DNA of 64,000 nt from positions 371,005 to 435,004 of IMG/VR virus record IMGVR_UViG_3300027740_000003; one strand, given 5' to 3'. The translations under genes were made by a program, and so were the position numbers. The notes beneath the pieces were generated by a model, which had not been told where the DNA came from, ran no database searches, and saw only the letters and a list, made by a program, of their open reading frames with translations. This DNA is from a virus (lineage: Duplodnaviria; Caudoviricetes). Shown here in pieces: positions 48,116-57,254 of this stretch; positions within the stretch are counted from its first letter, which is position 1; every line of letters starts with the position of its first letter.

Positions 48116-48411
48116 TGTATTATATCTTTTATTATAACTTCGTCTTCAGATATATGTTCAATATATTGTTGAAATTTTTTAAAAGATTGAGGTTCTGTTT
48201 TTAAACGGAACGTTAATCCAAAAGATTGAGGTTCTGTTTTTAAACGGAATGTTAATCCAAATGAATTATTTTTTACAATAAAATCAATCCAAATCGGTTC
48301 GTTTTCTAAATAAACAAATTTGGCTTCTAAAACTGTTCCGGCTTTAAATTGAAAATAATTATTTTTCAAAATGAAAAACCCAATAAACTCTTCTTTTCTA
48401 AAATGAATCAT
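48112..48411 (-). CDS. MIKDIIE-tail protein with internal 13-aa duplication
   Basis: SFGLTFRLKTEPQ twice; ends ISEDEVIIKDIIQ. Confidence 0.85.
   Translation of the reverse strand: MIHFRKEEFIGFFILKNNYFQFKAGTVLEAKFVYLENEPIWIDFIVKNNSFGLTFRLKTEPQSFGLTFRLKTEPQSFKKFQQYIEHISEDEVIIKDIIQ
48181..48261. repeat. 39-bp in-frame tandem duplication
   Basis: Two copies with one mismatch (48211 c, 48250 t). Confidence 0.9.
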
Positions 48412-48656
48412 TTGATAATATCCATTATCATCTTTTCATCCTCAGTTAATTTTTTAATATTTTCATTTATATCTTCAATAGAATTAATATAATATTCCTC
48501 ATTGCCTATTACTAACAATTGATTACTTCCATAGAACAATCCAAATTTAATAATAAATATTTCTCCCTGTTTAAAAACAATATTGCAATAATCATCATCG
48601 AAAATTAGTCTAATAACACAATTTTTCTCAACATAATATGTTCCATTTTCTATCAT
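48408..48656 (-). CDS. MIKDIIE-tail protein (variant)
   Basis: Ends KLTEDEKMIMDIIK. Confidence 0.85.
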   Translation of the reverse strand: MIENGTYYVEKNCVIRLIFDDDYCNIVFKQGEIFIIKFGLFYGSNQLLVIGNEEYYINSIEDINENIKKLTEDEKMIMDIIK

Positions 48657-48904
48657 CTGATAATATCCATTATAATAATTTCGTCATTTGTTAGCTCACG
48701 ACAGTTGTTCACTATTAGTTTTTCCAAAGCCTCTTTACCATCACTAATAAGTGTTGCTATGGTTAAATTATCAATGGACTTTATCTGATAATCCCCATCA
48801 TGTATTATTTTAAACGTTTCTCCTTTAACAAAGTCTCTATAATTATTGTCTAAATAATGTATACAAAAAGGTTCTAATACTGTATAGTACGTTTCAGTTA
48901 TCAT
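48653..48904 (-). CDS. MIKDIIE-tail protein (variant)
   Basis: Ends ELTNDEIIIMDIIR. Confidence 0.85.
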   Translation of the reverse strand: MITETYYTVLEPFCIHYLDNNYRDFVKGETFKIIHDGDYQIKSIDNLTIATLISDGKEALEKLIVNNCRELTNDEIIIMDIIR

Positions 48905-49146
48905 TCTATTATATCCTTAATAACCAACTCTTCTTCTGTAAGTTTTCTTAGATGATTTTTTATAATATATTCCTCGTTATTATCAAATAATTGTTTGGCA
49001 TCAATCTGTATATTGTTTTTATAACAAACCAACTCAAAAGCATCAAAACACTCATAATATCTTAAAACATATAATTCTCCAATTTCGTACTGTAAACCGC
49101 AATAATTAAATCTACTTTCTACAGTATATAAACCTTTCTCAATCAT
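48901..49146 (-). CDS. MIKDIIE-tail protein
   Basis: Ends KLTEEELVIKDIIE. Confidence 0.85.
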   Translation of the reverse strand: MIEKGLYTVESRFNYCGLQYEIGELYVLRYYECFDAFELVCYKNNIQIDAKQLFDNNEEYIIKNHLRKLTEEELVIKDIIE

Positions 49147-49427
49147 AAAATGATATCCGCAATCATAACTTCGTCTTCAGATATTGGGTCAAGAAACGAT
49201 TCAAAATTATCTAAATCTGGCCCTGAAACATATACTAGATTCAATGCATGACTAAGCTCTTTTCTTTTGCATAAAATTATAACAAATTCAACAAATCTAT
49301 TTCCAATCATAGGAATTATTGGCTGAGGATTATAATCCGTATAATCCGTAATTACTGCTTTAAATATTGTTCCGCAAGGAAAATTATAAAAATCCTTTTT
49401 AAGGATATAATAACCTTCTTTAATCAT
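49143..49427 (-). CDS. MIKDIIE-tail protein (variant)
   Basis: Ends PISEDEVMIADIIL. Confidence 0.85.
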   Translation of the reverse strand: MIKEGYYILKKDFYNFPCGTIFKAVITDYTDYNPQPIIPMIGNRFVEFVIILCKRKELSHALNLVYVSGPDLDNFESFLDPISEDEVMIADIIL

Positions 49428-49675
49428 TCTATTATATCCTTTATCATTATTTCGTTTTTGGTTAATCCTCTACATTTTGGTAATATATTCTCTGCAAAAA
49501 TCCGTTTATTTACAACTGTAATATTTTTATTTCCAACCAAATGTATTGCAACATAATTAACACCATATTCGGCTTTAAAACAAACATTATTATCAATAAT
49601 AGTATCGTTTCCAAACTCAATTCCAAACTCAATTTTAATTTTAATATTTTGTAAAGCAACAAAATGTTTAATCAT
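49424..49675 (-). CDS. MIKDIIE-tail protein
   Basis: Ends GLTKNEIMIKDIIE. Confidence 0.85.
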   Translation of the reverse strand: MIKHFVALQNIKIKIEFGIEFGNDTIIDNNVCFKAEYGVNYVAIHLVGNKNITVVNKRIFAENILPKCRGLTKNEIMIKDIIE

Positions 49676-49920
49676 TCTATTATGTCTTTTATCATTAGTT
49701 CGTCATCAGTTAGTTTCGTACTGTTTTTTATAATTTCTTTTATATCTGATTTATAGATATAAATTATCTGGCCTTTAATAATTATATAATTGTGTTCAAA
49801 TTGTTTATGAAACAAATCGCCATCATAATAATCTATAAAAATAGAGTTTCCTTTTTTAATAATACAACATCCTAAACTTTCAAACTCTTCATTAACAACA
49901 TACCAGCCAGACTCTATCAT
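49672..49920 (-). CDS. MIKDIIE-tail protein
   Basis: Ends KLTDDELMIKDIIE. Confidence 0.85.
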   Translation of the reverse strand: MIESGWYVVNEEFESLGCCIIKKGNSIFIDYYDGDLFHKQFEHNYIIIKGQIIYIYKSDIKEIIKNSTKLTDDELMIKDIIE

Positions 49921-51230
49921 CCTGCCGCCACAAATTGCATCAATTCATCAATCTCTTGCTCTGCCAATCCCGAGTCCATTATTATATTTATCAACCGAGT
50001 TGCATGAATCTGTCTCAAATAAATCATCCTAACCTCAGGAACCAAATCACCAATAAATCTAACAATGTTCTTTACATACTTGCTATTAAACTTTGCCTTA
50101 TGCCTGTTCTCTTCACAAGCCTTCTCCACAACAAACATATCACTGTCAATCCGGTCAGACATTGCAAATGCAGCAATACATTGTTCACTAATTAACTTCT
50201 CCCCAGACATACTGTCCTTTGTCGGTATCCTTTCCTCTCCCTCTAAAATCTTCATAACATCATATTTAAGATACAATTCCCGATACATAAAAAATTCTGT
50301 CTGAGCTTGCTTCCCAACAAAATCCTGTAGTTCATTCCTAACAATGTTATTAAAATATTCTACTTGCTCCGTATTATTTTTGTCTATCTTAAGTCTCTTC
50401 TCCAATTTATCAATCACTCGGGAAGCCATAACCCAACTTCTCGGGGTTGGATAAGCATAAGTCTGCTCTAGATCATATTTAACTAACCACTCTCCATTGT
50501 TAAATTTGTGGAATAAGATAATGTCTTTTCTAACATCATGATCAACAGCCCATTTGATCCATGTATCTAGATCTGGTTCAACCTCTAAATGAGCACATCG
50601 GTTCCGCAGTTCTGGAGGAACTGGGTTGGATAAAATACTATCTTCCTCGCGATTTGCCGCGGCTATCACATACCATCCATCTCCTAAAGCAAAATCGCCA
50701 ATTACTCTATTTTCCAAAAGATGCGTTGCTGCCCCGAATTTAGTGTCTGAACATTTGTCTAATTCATCAAGCAGACAAACTCCGAATTTTTCTTTTTTAC
50801 ATCTCTCTAAATTTTCAGGCATAACAAACCGTGCATAATTTTCAGATAAAGAAGGGACTACGACTCCTTGAAGTTGCTCAATAGGTCTTTCGGCTAAACG
50901 TAGAATAAGACAATGAGGAGCAATCATATCAAGAAATTCTTTACCAACATAAGAAAAATTCAGAACCTTCTTTTTATGTTCTAAATTTCTCTTAGCTTCT
51001 TTATATTCTTCTAAAGATTCATAGTCTTTATTTTTCTTTTTTAGTTGAGAAATAAGTTCAGAAAACTCTTTTTCTGCTTCATAAACCATTCTCTCTGAAA
51101 TAATTTGATAAACCAATTCCGTTTTACCGATTCCAGGACTTCCCCACAAAATTACAGGATAATTATCTGTAGGATCATTCCAATCCCATTTAGAAAGAAT
51201 TCTTTCTTTTGCTTGTGCAATGTTAACCAT
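49917..51230 (-). CDS. MoxR-type AAA+ ATPase
   Basis: WGSPGIGKT, LLDELDK, IAAANR, PPELRNRC; charged helical insert after Walker A. Confidence 0.9.
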   Translation of the reverse strand: MVNIAQAKERILSKWDWNDPTDNYPVILWGSPGIGKTELVYQIISERMVYEAEKEFSELISQLKKKNKDYESLEEYKEAKRNLEHKKKVLNFSYVGKEFLDMIAPHCLILRLAERPIEQLQGVVVPSLSENYARFVMPENLERCKKEKFGVCLLDELDKCSDTKFGAATHLLENRVIGDFALGDGWYVIAAANREEDSILSNPVPPELRNRCAHLEVEPDLDTWIKWAVDHDVRKDIILFHKFNNGEWLVKYDLEQTYAYPTPRSWVMASRVIDKLEKRLKIDKNNTEQVEYFNNIVRNELQDFVGKQAQTEFFMYRELYLKYDVMKILEGEERIPTKDSMSGEKLISEQCIAAFAMSDRIDSDMFVVEKACEENRHKAKFNSKYVKNIVRFIGDLVPEVRMIYLRQIHATRLINIIMDSGLAEQEIDELMQFVAAG

Positions 51231-51240
51231 ATTTCCTCTT

Positions 51241-51657
51241 TTATTCTATTATATCTTTTATTACTGCCTCTTCAGCCGTGATTAATTCAAGTTCTTTAAA
51301 TTTAAGATTCATTGAATTTTTCAATGAATCCAATGAATTATATGAGTTCATATAACTCGCAGGATATAACAGTTTATCATTATAGAAAATTATAAATGAA
51401 AAAGTTTCGTCAGCTTTATTCATTTCGCTAATTTTATTTACAACACGTATAATTATACTAGAGCTATGATTAAATTTAACAAAATATTTCTTACCAAAAT
51501 TATAACTATATATTTTATGTCTATCAGATAAATTAGAACAATAATGATTGCAACACTCTCCTGGCTTATAACCAAATTCCGAGATTACAGAATTATATAT
51601 AAATTCAATGTCATATTTTAAATCTATACAATGTTTTATAAAATCATTACTATTCAT
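51241..51657 (-). CDS. MIKDIIE-tail protein
   Basis: Ends LITAEEAVIKDIIE. Confidence 0.85.
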   Translation of the reverse strand: MNSNDFIKHCIDLKYDIEFIYNSVISEFGYKPGECCNHYCSNLSDRHKIYSYNFGKKYFVKFNHSSSIIIRVVNKISEMNKADETFSFIIFYNDKLLYPASYMNSYNSLDSLKNSMNLKFKELELITAEEAVIKDIIE

Positions 51658-52004
51658 TCAATAATATCCTTAATAATACTCTCATCTTTGGTTAATAAAC
51701 CAACTTCTTTAAATGCATTAATCAATGCTTTTCTTAACTCTAAAGGAGTGGTTAGATTTCTTTCCACATAATAGCTATTGCCCATAAAACGATCATAAAA
51801 CATAACCGTACACCCTCCATAATAACTAAATCTAATACAATAAATAATATTATCTTTAGAAGATTTAACAAATCCATTATCTTTGTTGCCACACACAAGA
51901 TTTAATATTACTTCGTCTGAAATCATTCGTAATTTACCAAAATCATATCCATAATCAACAAGAATTGATTTTAAAACATCTAATATTTGTTTTTTGGTAA
52001 TCAT
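51654..52004 (-). CDS. MIKDIIE-tail protein
   Basis: Ends LLTKDESIIKDIIE. Confidence 0.85.
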   Translation of the reverse strand: MITKKQILDVLKSILVDYGYDFGKLRMISDEVILNLVCGNKDNGFVKSSKDNIIYCIRFSYYGGCTVMFYDRFMGNSYYVERNLTTPLELRKALINAFKEVGLLTKDESIIKDIIE

Positions 52005-52354
52005 TCAATGATATCTTTTACCATAACTTCATCTATAGTCAATATGTTAAGCTTCTTTATATCGAAATATTTTTCAAACATTTCTACAAAATTTTCTAAT
52101 CCACCAGCATATTCCTTTTCTCCCAACCATCCAAAATTTTTTATCAAACTTCTTAATGTTAGACGGCCTTTTTCTTTCTTAATTGTAATTTTATTTATTT
52201 AATATGGGGCGGTTTTGAAAAGAAAATATATTCCTATATCCAAATCGTCAATAGTTATTATGTTCTTTAAAGAATTTATAGAAACGTTATGTGAATATTT
52301 TAACAAATAATCAAATATATTCTTATATTTTAAATTTTTGTGGCTAATTTTCAT
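52001..52354 (-). pseudogene. MIKDIIE-tail ORF with tandem in-frame TAA TAA at 52196-52201 (not in track)
   Basis: ATG 52354 and TGA 52001 are in frame (118 codons) and both ends are ATGA-coupled; ends ILTIDEVMVKDIIE. Confidence 0.8.
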
Positions 52355-52737
52355 TCTATTATATCCTTAATTATCATCATATTTTTATAATTTTCCTCAA
52401 CTTTATCTAATTTAGATAGATCTTTTTCTAAATAAGATAACATATGTTTATGATGATTAATTTTATCAATAATCAAACGTTTCATATGCTCTTTAGCATT
52501 AAATAATGCCTCTTCTGGAAAAACAAATCTTCTATCTAATAGACAATTTGATTTTTCATCAATCATAACTGTCCACATATCATCAAGATCATGGTAAATC
52601 AAATCAACACCCAAATATTCTGAATGATAAATATAACTCCATTCACTATGTTTAGTATCAATATCTTTGATACTAAAATAAATTCCTAAAACAGTAATTT
52701 CTTTTTCAATAGAAGGATTTTGAACCGCTTTTTTCAT
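52351..52737 (-). CDS. MIKDIIE-tail protein, coiled-coil type
   Basis: Ends YKNMMIIKDIIE. Confidence 0.85.
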   Translation of the reverse strand: MKKAVQNPSIEKEITVLGIYFSIKDIDTKHSEWSYIYHSEYLGVDLIYHDLDDMWTVMIDEKSNCLLDRRFVFPEEALFNAKEHMKRLIIDKINHHKHMLSYLEKDLSKLDKVEENYKNMMIIKDIIE

Positions 52738-53141
52738 TCAATAATATCCTTAATAGACATTTGCTCTTTACACTCTTTAAATATCTCTTCCAATGTAGTC
52801 ATATATTGACTATATAAATGGAATCTTTCATTTGCTTCTTTTACTTTATTTTTGCAAGCGGAAACTTCATATTTAGCATCTTCTAATTTAGAATTCATTC
52901 TTTTTTTAAAATCGCCAAGAACTCTATTTAAAGCCTCAACATCTGTTTTGCCGCCAGGAAAAACATCTCCACGAAAAATAAAACTATACTTACTATTTTC
53001 AAATTTTTCATCAATATACATTTCTATAAAAGGCAATTCTGTACATTCATATTTCATATTAAATTTGCCATCACACAGATTAAGGGTTTTAAGTGTAAAC
53101 TTTTTTCCACAAATAACAATTTCTTTCTCTATGTAATTCAT
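52734..53141 (-). CDS. MIKDIIE-tail protein, coiled-coil type
   Basis: Ends KEQMSIKDIIE. Confidence 0.85.
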   Translation of the reverse strand: MNYIEKEIVICGKKFTLKTLNLCDGKFNMKYECTELPFIEMYIDEKFENSKYSFIFRGDVFPGGKTDVEALNRVLGDFKKRMNSKLEDAKYEVSACKNKVKEANERFHLYSQYMTTLEEIFKECKEQMSIKDIIE

Positions 53142-54355
53142 GTTAGTTTCCCTACATTTGGATCAATCTTTTTACACAATTCTAGCATAGCTTCACTTGC
53201 TGAAGAATGAATTTTAGTAATATCATTCTTGTTTCCAAGTGAAAATGTTTTTATATCAGTTGTCTTTCCTCTTTTCAAAGCAAATAATGCCGCAGGCCAC
53301 AATCTTTCTTTTGCAGCTAATGCAAAAGTTTTTATATCTTCAATTCCTTGAAGATCCTCCCAGTCCTTCTGGGTTGTAGATATTACCTGCTGTACAATAG
53401 GTTTTAATTTTAGAATGCGTTTAGTTATCAACTCAGGCATCAATCCAACAATATCATCATCTTTGCCAAGCAGAATGACATTTATACAATTCTTTACCGA
53501 TGTTTCTAAACTAGTTCTTAGATGAGAAGCCGCTAACCAAGCCGGATTTTTTACTTTAATCCGATGCCAGTATTTGTCCCTAACAACAACCCCTTCATGT
53601 TCTTCAGGATTCCATTCTCGAATTACTTTGACCATATGCTCAATATTATAAAATGAATATGTATTTGGGACACATAATTCAAATCTGTCATCTCCAAGTC
53701 CAATCCATCCATCAGGCTCCTCTTCCTCTAATGTTATATTGTCCCTTACCCCAATTAATGTCAATTTTATATCATCATACCTACATACTACCCTATTGTA
53801 GGGGGATGTAAGTTCAAAAATGAACGTTTTGTTCTTGGCGTCTGGCCGACATTCTGATAAATCTCCCATCAGGTCTTGTATAGACATCGGCGGGTCATCA
53901 GAAACAGTTCCTGGAGCCTGTTGAGCTATATACATTTTATCACAGGCATAATCTACAAGTTTGGAAAAAGTTAAATCACATCCGTTCTCCAAGGGAACAT
54001 CTGCTTCCGGACGAGATCTTGTTGCGACATACCAATGATTTTTGTAAAAATACACACAAATCATAGTTCCGTCTAGTTTTTCTAAATATCCAGCACTTGA
54101 CCAGTCTATTTTGGCAGCAAACTCTTCTTGCTCGAGATTAAAAAATCTTGAAAAAGGAAAAGCTAGAATATCATAAGATCCTTCTTCTAAAACCAAGCCA
54201 CGACATTCACAAGCTAGAAGATCAGAGTTAGATACTTCTAGTTGATCATAGTTTAGAGAGATCTTTCCATTAGTTATGGTAGCATAAACGCCATGTTCTT
54301 TAGCAAGATCATCGAGGGTTTTACCAGAGAGGAGGTATTTTTGAATTAGAAGCAT
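53138..54355 (-). CDS. RNA ligase (T4 Rnl1-like)
   Basis: CRGLVL, FPFSRFFN, motif I EKLDGT, FIFEL, motif IV EGVVV, motif V RIKVKN. Confidence 0.88.
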   Translation of the reverse strand: MLLIQKYLLSGKTLDDLAKEHGVYATITNGKISLNYDQLEVSNSDLLACECRGLVLEEGSYDILAFPFSRFFNLEQEEFAAKIDWSSAGYLEKLDGTMICVYFYKNHWYVATRSRPEADVPLENGCDLTFSKLVDYACDKMYIAQQAPGTVSDDPPMSIQDLMGDLSECRPDAKNKTFIFELTSPYNRVVCRYDDIKLTLIGVRDNITLEEEEPDGWIGLGDDRFELCVPNTYSFYNIEHMVKVIREWNPEEHEGVVVRDKYWHRIKVKNPAWLAASHLRTSLETSVKNCINVILLGKDDDIVGLMPELITKRILKLKPIVQQVISTTQKDWEDLQGIEDIKTFALAAKERLWPAALFALKRGKTTDIKTFSLGNKNDITKIHSSASEAMLELCKKIDPNVGKLT

Positions 54356-54737
54356 TTTCTATTGTTTCCTTATCTGAAACTATATCTAATACACCAATTA
54401 TTCTTTTAATATTTACAAATTTAGTTTCGTCTATTTTTCCAATAAAAATAGTATAATCTGCTACTTTTATTCCAACAACCGAAAGTTCTTTAAGTTCTTT
54501 AATAATATCCGGAATCTGATCATTTGAAGCAGATTTAATTACATAACCAGAGCCTACAGACTTTAGTAGTGATGATAGATCTGAGATCTCCTCTGTGGGG
54601 ACAACATCACCATTTTCTCTACGTCTGTCAAGTTCTTGCATTGCTTTAATTGCCAGGTCTTTGTTTATTTTGAAAGCCCTATATGTGGCAATTATTGAAA
54701 CCAAAGAATCTATCGTAAATGTTTCTAGTTCTATCAT
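54321..54737 (-). CDS. hypothetical protein
   Basis: Start refined to ATG 54737 (ATGA overlap with the tail ORF stop). Confidence 0.65.
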   Translation of the reverse strand: MIELETFTIDSLVSIIATYRAFKINKDLAIKAMQELDRRRENGDVVPTEEISDLSSLLKSVGSGYVIKSASNDQIPDIIKELKELSVVGIKVADYTIFIGKIDETKFVNIKRIIGVLDIVSDKETIENASNSKIPPLW

Positions 54738-55150
54738 TCTATTATATCTTTTATCATTGCTTCGTCTGGAGTTAATAGTTTTAACTCTATGAATTCTTTT
54801 TCTAAAGCTGAAATTATATTTATATAAGAATTTGTATAACACCAATGAAGTACAATAGGATGATCTGGATACGATATACAATATATAAATCCAGTTCGAT
54901 GATAACGAAAACAATTTATTTTAACATAATTTATTTTATGAAGATTTTTCAATCCAAAAAAGAAATCGCATCTAATTATATAAGAAAAATAAAAATATTC
55001 ATTATGAATTTGTATTTTACTTTTGCTAGTATTATATCCGAATTTTTTCAACAAATTAATTATATCCACAGTTATTTTGTTTTCAAAATAAAAAATGTGT
55101 CGGCGGAACTTTTCTTTTAATTCTTTTTTCTTCTTCCTACTCAATTTCAT
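54734..55150 (-). CDS. MIKDIIE-tail protein
   Basis: Ends LLTPDEAMIKDIIE. Confidence 0.85.
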   Translation of the reverse strand: MKLSRKKKKELKEKFRRHIFYFENKITVDIINLLKKFGYNTSKSKIQIHNEYFYFSYIIRCDFFFGLKNLHKINYVKINCFRYHRTGFIYCISYPDHPIVLHWCYTNSYINIISALEKEFIELKLLTPDEAMIKDIIE

Positions 55151-55503
55151 TCTATTATGTCCTTAATAAGCGTTTCGTCTTTTGTTAGAACCTTGCTGTC
55201 TCTAAATGTTTTTACCAATATATTTTTGATATCACTGAAGTTAGTGAAAATATATTTTTTACCATAATCCAAAGAAGATTCAATATAAAATATTTTTCTG
55301 GATAAAATTACAATATACCATTTATTACATTCTAAATAATTACAACCATTACTAAAAAGCTGTTGAGTATTACAAAGATGAATATAACTCTCATGATTAG
55401 TATTAAAATCATGATTCAATTTAACAGCATCAAACTCATAATTGTTTTTAATAAACTCAATTATTTGATTATATAAACTAAAATATGTTTTATCATCATT
55501 CAT
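55147..55503 (-). CDS. MIKDIIE-tail protein
   Basis: Ends VLTKDETLIKDIIE. Confidence 0.85.
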   Translation of the reverse strand: MNDDKTYFSLYNQIIEFIKNNYEFDAVKLNHDFNTNHESYIHLCNTQQLFSNGCNYLECNKWYIVILSRKIFYIESSLDYGKKYIFTNFSDIKNILVKTFRDSKVLTKDETLIKDIIE

Positions 55504-55793
55504 TATTCAATTATATCCTTAATCATAGCCTCTGTTTTGTTCAACAAACCTATATTTTTAATTTCTTTTCTCAAAAATGATTTTATATCTTTCATTGAAT
55601 TATAATTACATTTTTTAAAATTAAATTCAATCTTATGTAAATTTTGATAAACGAAAATTCTTTGAATAATTTCTCTTTTAATATTGTAAAAGCCAAATGT
55701 TATTATATTTCTATGAACAATACAACTAATATTAAAACCATACTCTTTGTTAAAGAAATATATTATTTCGTTTATTAATTTTTGTTTATTCAT
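55503..55793 (-). CDS. MIKDIIE-tail protein
   Basis: Ends LLNKTEAMIKDIIE. Confidence 0.85.
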   Translation of the reverse strand: MNKQKLINEIIYFFNKEYGFNISCIVHRNIITFGFYNIKREIIQRIFVYQNLHKIEFNFKKCNYNSMKDIKSFLRKEIKNIGLLNKTEAMIKDIIE

Positions 55794-56116
55794 TTAATAT
55801 CTTTTGTTGGAAAGAATTTAACTCTTTTCTTCGACAAAACAAATTTTCCCAATCCATTAATTGCAACCTCTTTGTTTTTCATTAATTCTGTTCTAATTTC
55901 CTGATAATACTCTTTTAGAATTATTCCTATCACCGTTATGTCTAATCCTGTTTTTGCTCTAACCGAATACAATAATTCTTTTTGATCTGAGAATGAAATA
56001 GGAATATTTCCAGAATTTTGTTCTGAGTATTCTTCAATTCCAGGAGGCAGATCGTCTTTTTCTTTTTCTGCCCCGATTTCTTTATTGTTTTTCATCATTT
56101 GCCAAAAATTCGCCAT
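55790..56116 (-). CDS. HU/IHF-like DNA-binding protein with acidic N-terminal extension
   Basis: VRAKTGLD...EIRTELMKNKEVAINGLGKFVL. Confidence 0.7.
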   Translation of the reverse strand: MANFWQMMKNNKEIGAEKEKDDLPPGIEEYSEQNSGNIPISFSDQKELLYSVRAKTGLDITVIGIILKEYYQEIRTELMKNKEVAINGLGKFVLSKKRVKFFPTKDIK

Positions 56117-56480
56117 AATACTTCGTATTATGTCTTATTTATTTAGTAGTATGTATTCTTACTGATCTCAATTGGATCATACTGATTGTATGGATCGTAT
56201 ATGATGATCATTGTATACCATGGGATGCGCGGGCGCGAATAGATCTTTCAACAAACTCTCTCGACTTTTTCTTTCCCATTTCAATTATTATCTAGATCGA
56301 TGAATTAATCATTGCTAGATGATCTTAATCTGGACTCCATCTGAGCAGTGGGTCCAGAACGTTTTGTTTAAGGTTTATTCTTTTTTGTGAAAAGCTTTCG
56401 GGGCTTGCTTGAGGGTGAGCCGGGGTGTGTTTGAAAACGATTCCTGGAGACCCCTAGAGGCCGTAGCCAAGATCACACTT
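56117..56480. other. long non-coding region dense in GATC (candidate origin or regulatory locus)
   Basis: 8 GATC sites, 7 of them within 56164-56324; no ORF of 60 aa or more. Confidence 0.5.
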
Positions 56481-57254
56481 TCAGTATCCTAAATTTAATA
56501 TTGGTTTAAATGCTGGGCCATCAATAACAATTTTATCACCAAGTCCATCATTTGAAATAATTTGTCCAGTCAACCTGCCAGTATCATAGATTCCACTATC
56601 TAGGTTGCAAGAGTGAGTATAATACTTTGCCTGGCCATCTTCCTGAGCAGCATGTCCAGAAACAATATATCCAAACCGCCCATCATAAACTTCATGCCAT
56701 GATGTTCCACCTTCTTTGGACTTAACTAGAGTTTTTACTCCATTAATCATTTGCCAGACTAGTGGGATCATTTTTCCATTTTCATCTACGTCTCGGACAT
56801 AAACAACCTCGACATCTTTGCCGAGACTGTTCTGATCCATCAGCGGACTAACACCAGCATGTAGAACAGTTATTTTCATGTTTGGAAATTCAAATGTAAT
56901 AACTAATGGTCTTCCCCTCCACCATTTTAAACATTTAGATAAAGGATTTTTCTTTTTCGATCTAATTATTTTTACTTCATGATTACCACGGACAGCATAA
57001 GCAATATGTTTATCAGATAATCTAATAAGTTCTTCTGTTATTATTTCAGCAGATTTTTCACCATAACCTTTATCATAAACATCTCCTACTGAGACAATTA
57101 ATTTCGTAGGAGAAGGTTTCCATTCTTCCAAAAGATTAAAAAATTGTTCTGTATGTTCATGTATATCGCCAATAATACATATAGAAGTATTTTCTGGAAC
57201 CTGAATTGTTTGAAATGCAGGCAATTTAGAAGCATCTTTATATGTATTGCTCAT
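56481..57254 (-). CDS. calcineurin-like metallophosphoesterase
   Basis: GDIHEH, GDVYDKG, GNHE, VLHAG, VSGH, LDSG. Confidence 0.9.
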   Translation of the reverse strand: MSNTYKDASKLPAFQTIQVPENTSICIIGDIHEHTEQFFNLLEEWKPSPTKLIVSVGDVYDKGYGEKSAEIITEELIRLSDKHIAYAVRGNHEVKIIRSKKKNPLSKCLKWWRGRPLVITFEFPNMKITVLHAGVSPLMDQNSLGKDVEVVYVRDVDENGKMIPLVWQMINGVKTLVKSKEGGTSWHEVYDGRFGYIVSGHAAQEDGQAKYYTHSCNLDSGIYDTGRLTGQIISNDGLGDKIVIDGPAFKPILNLGY

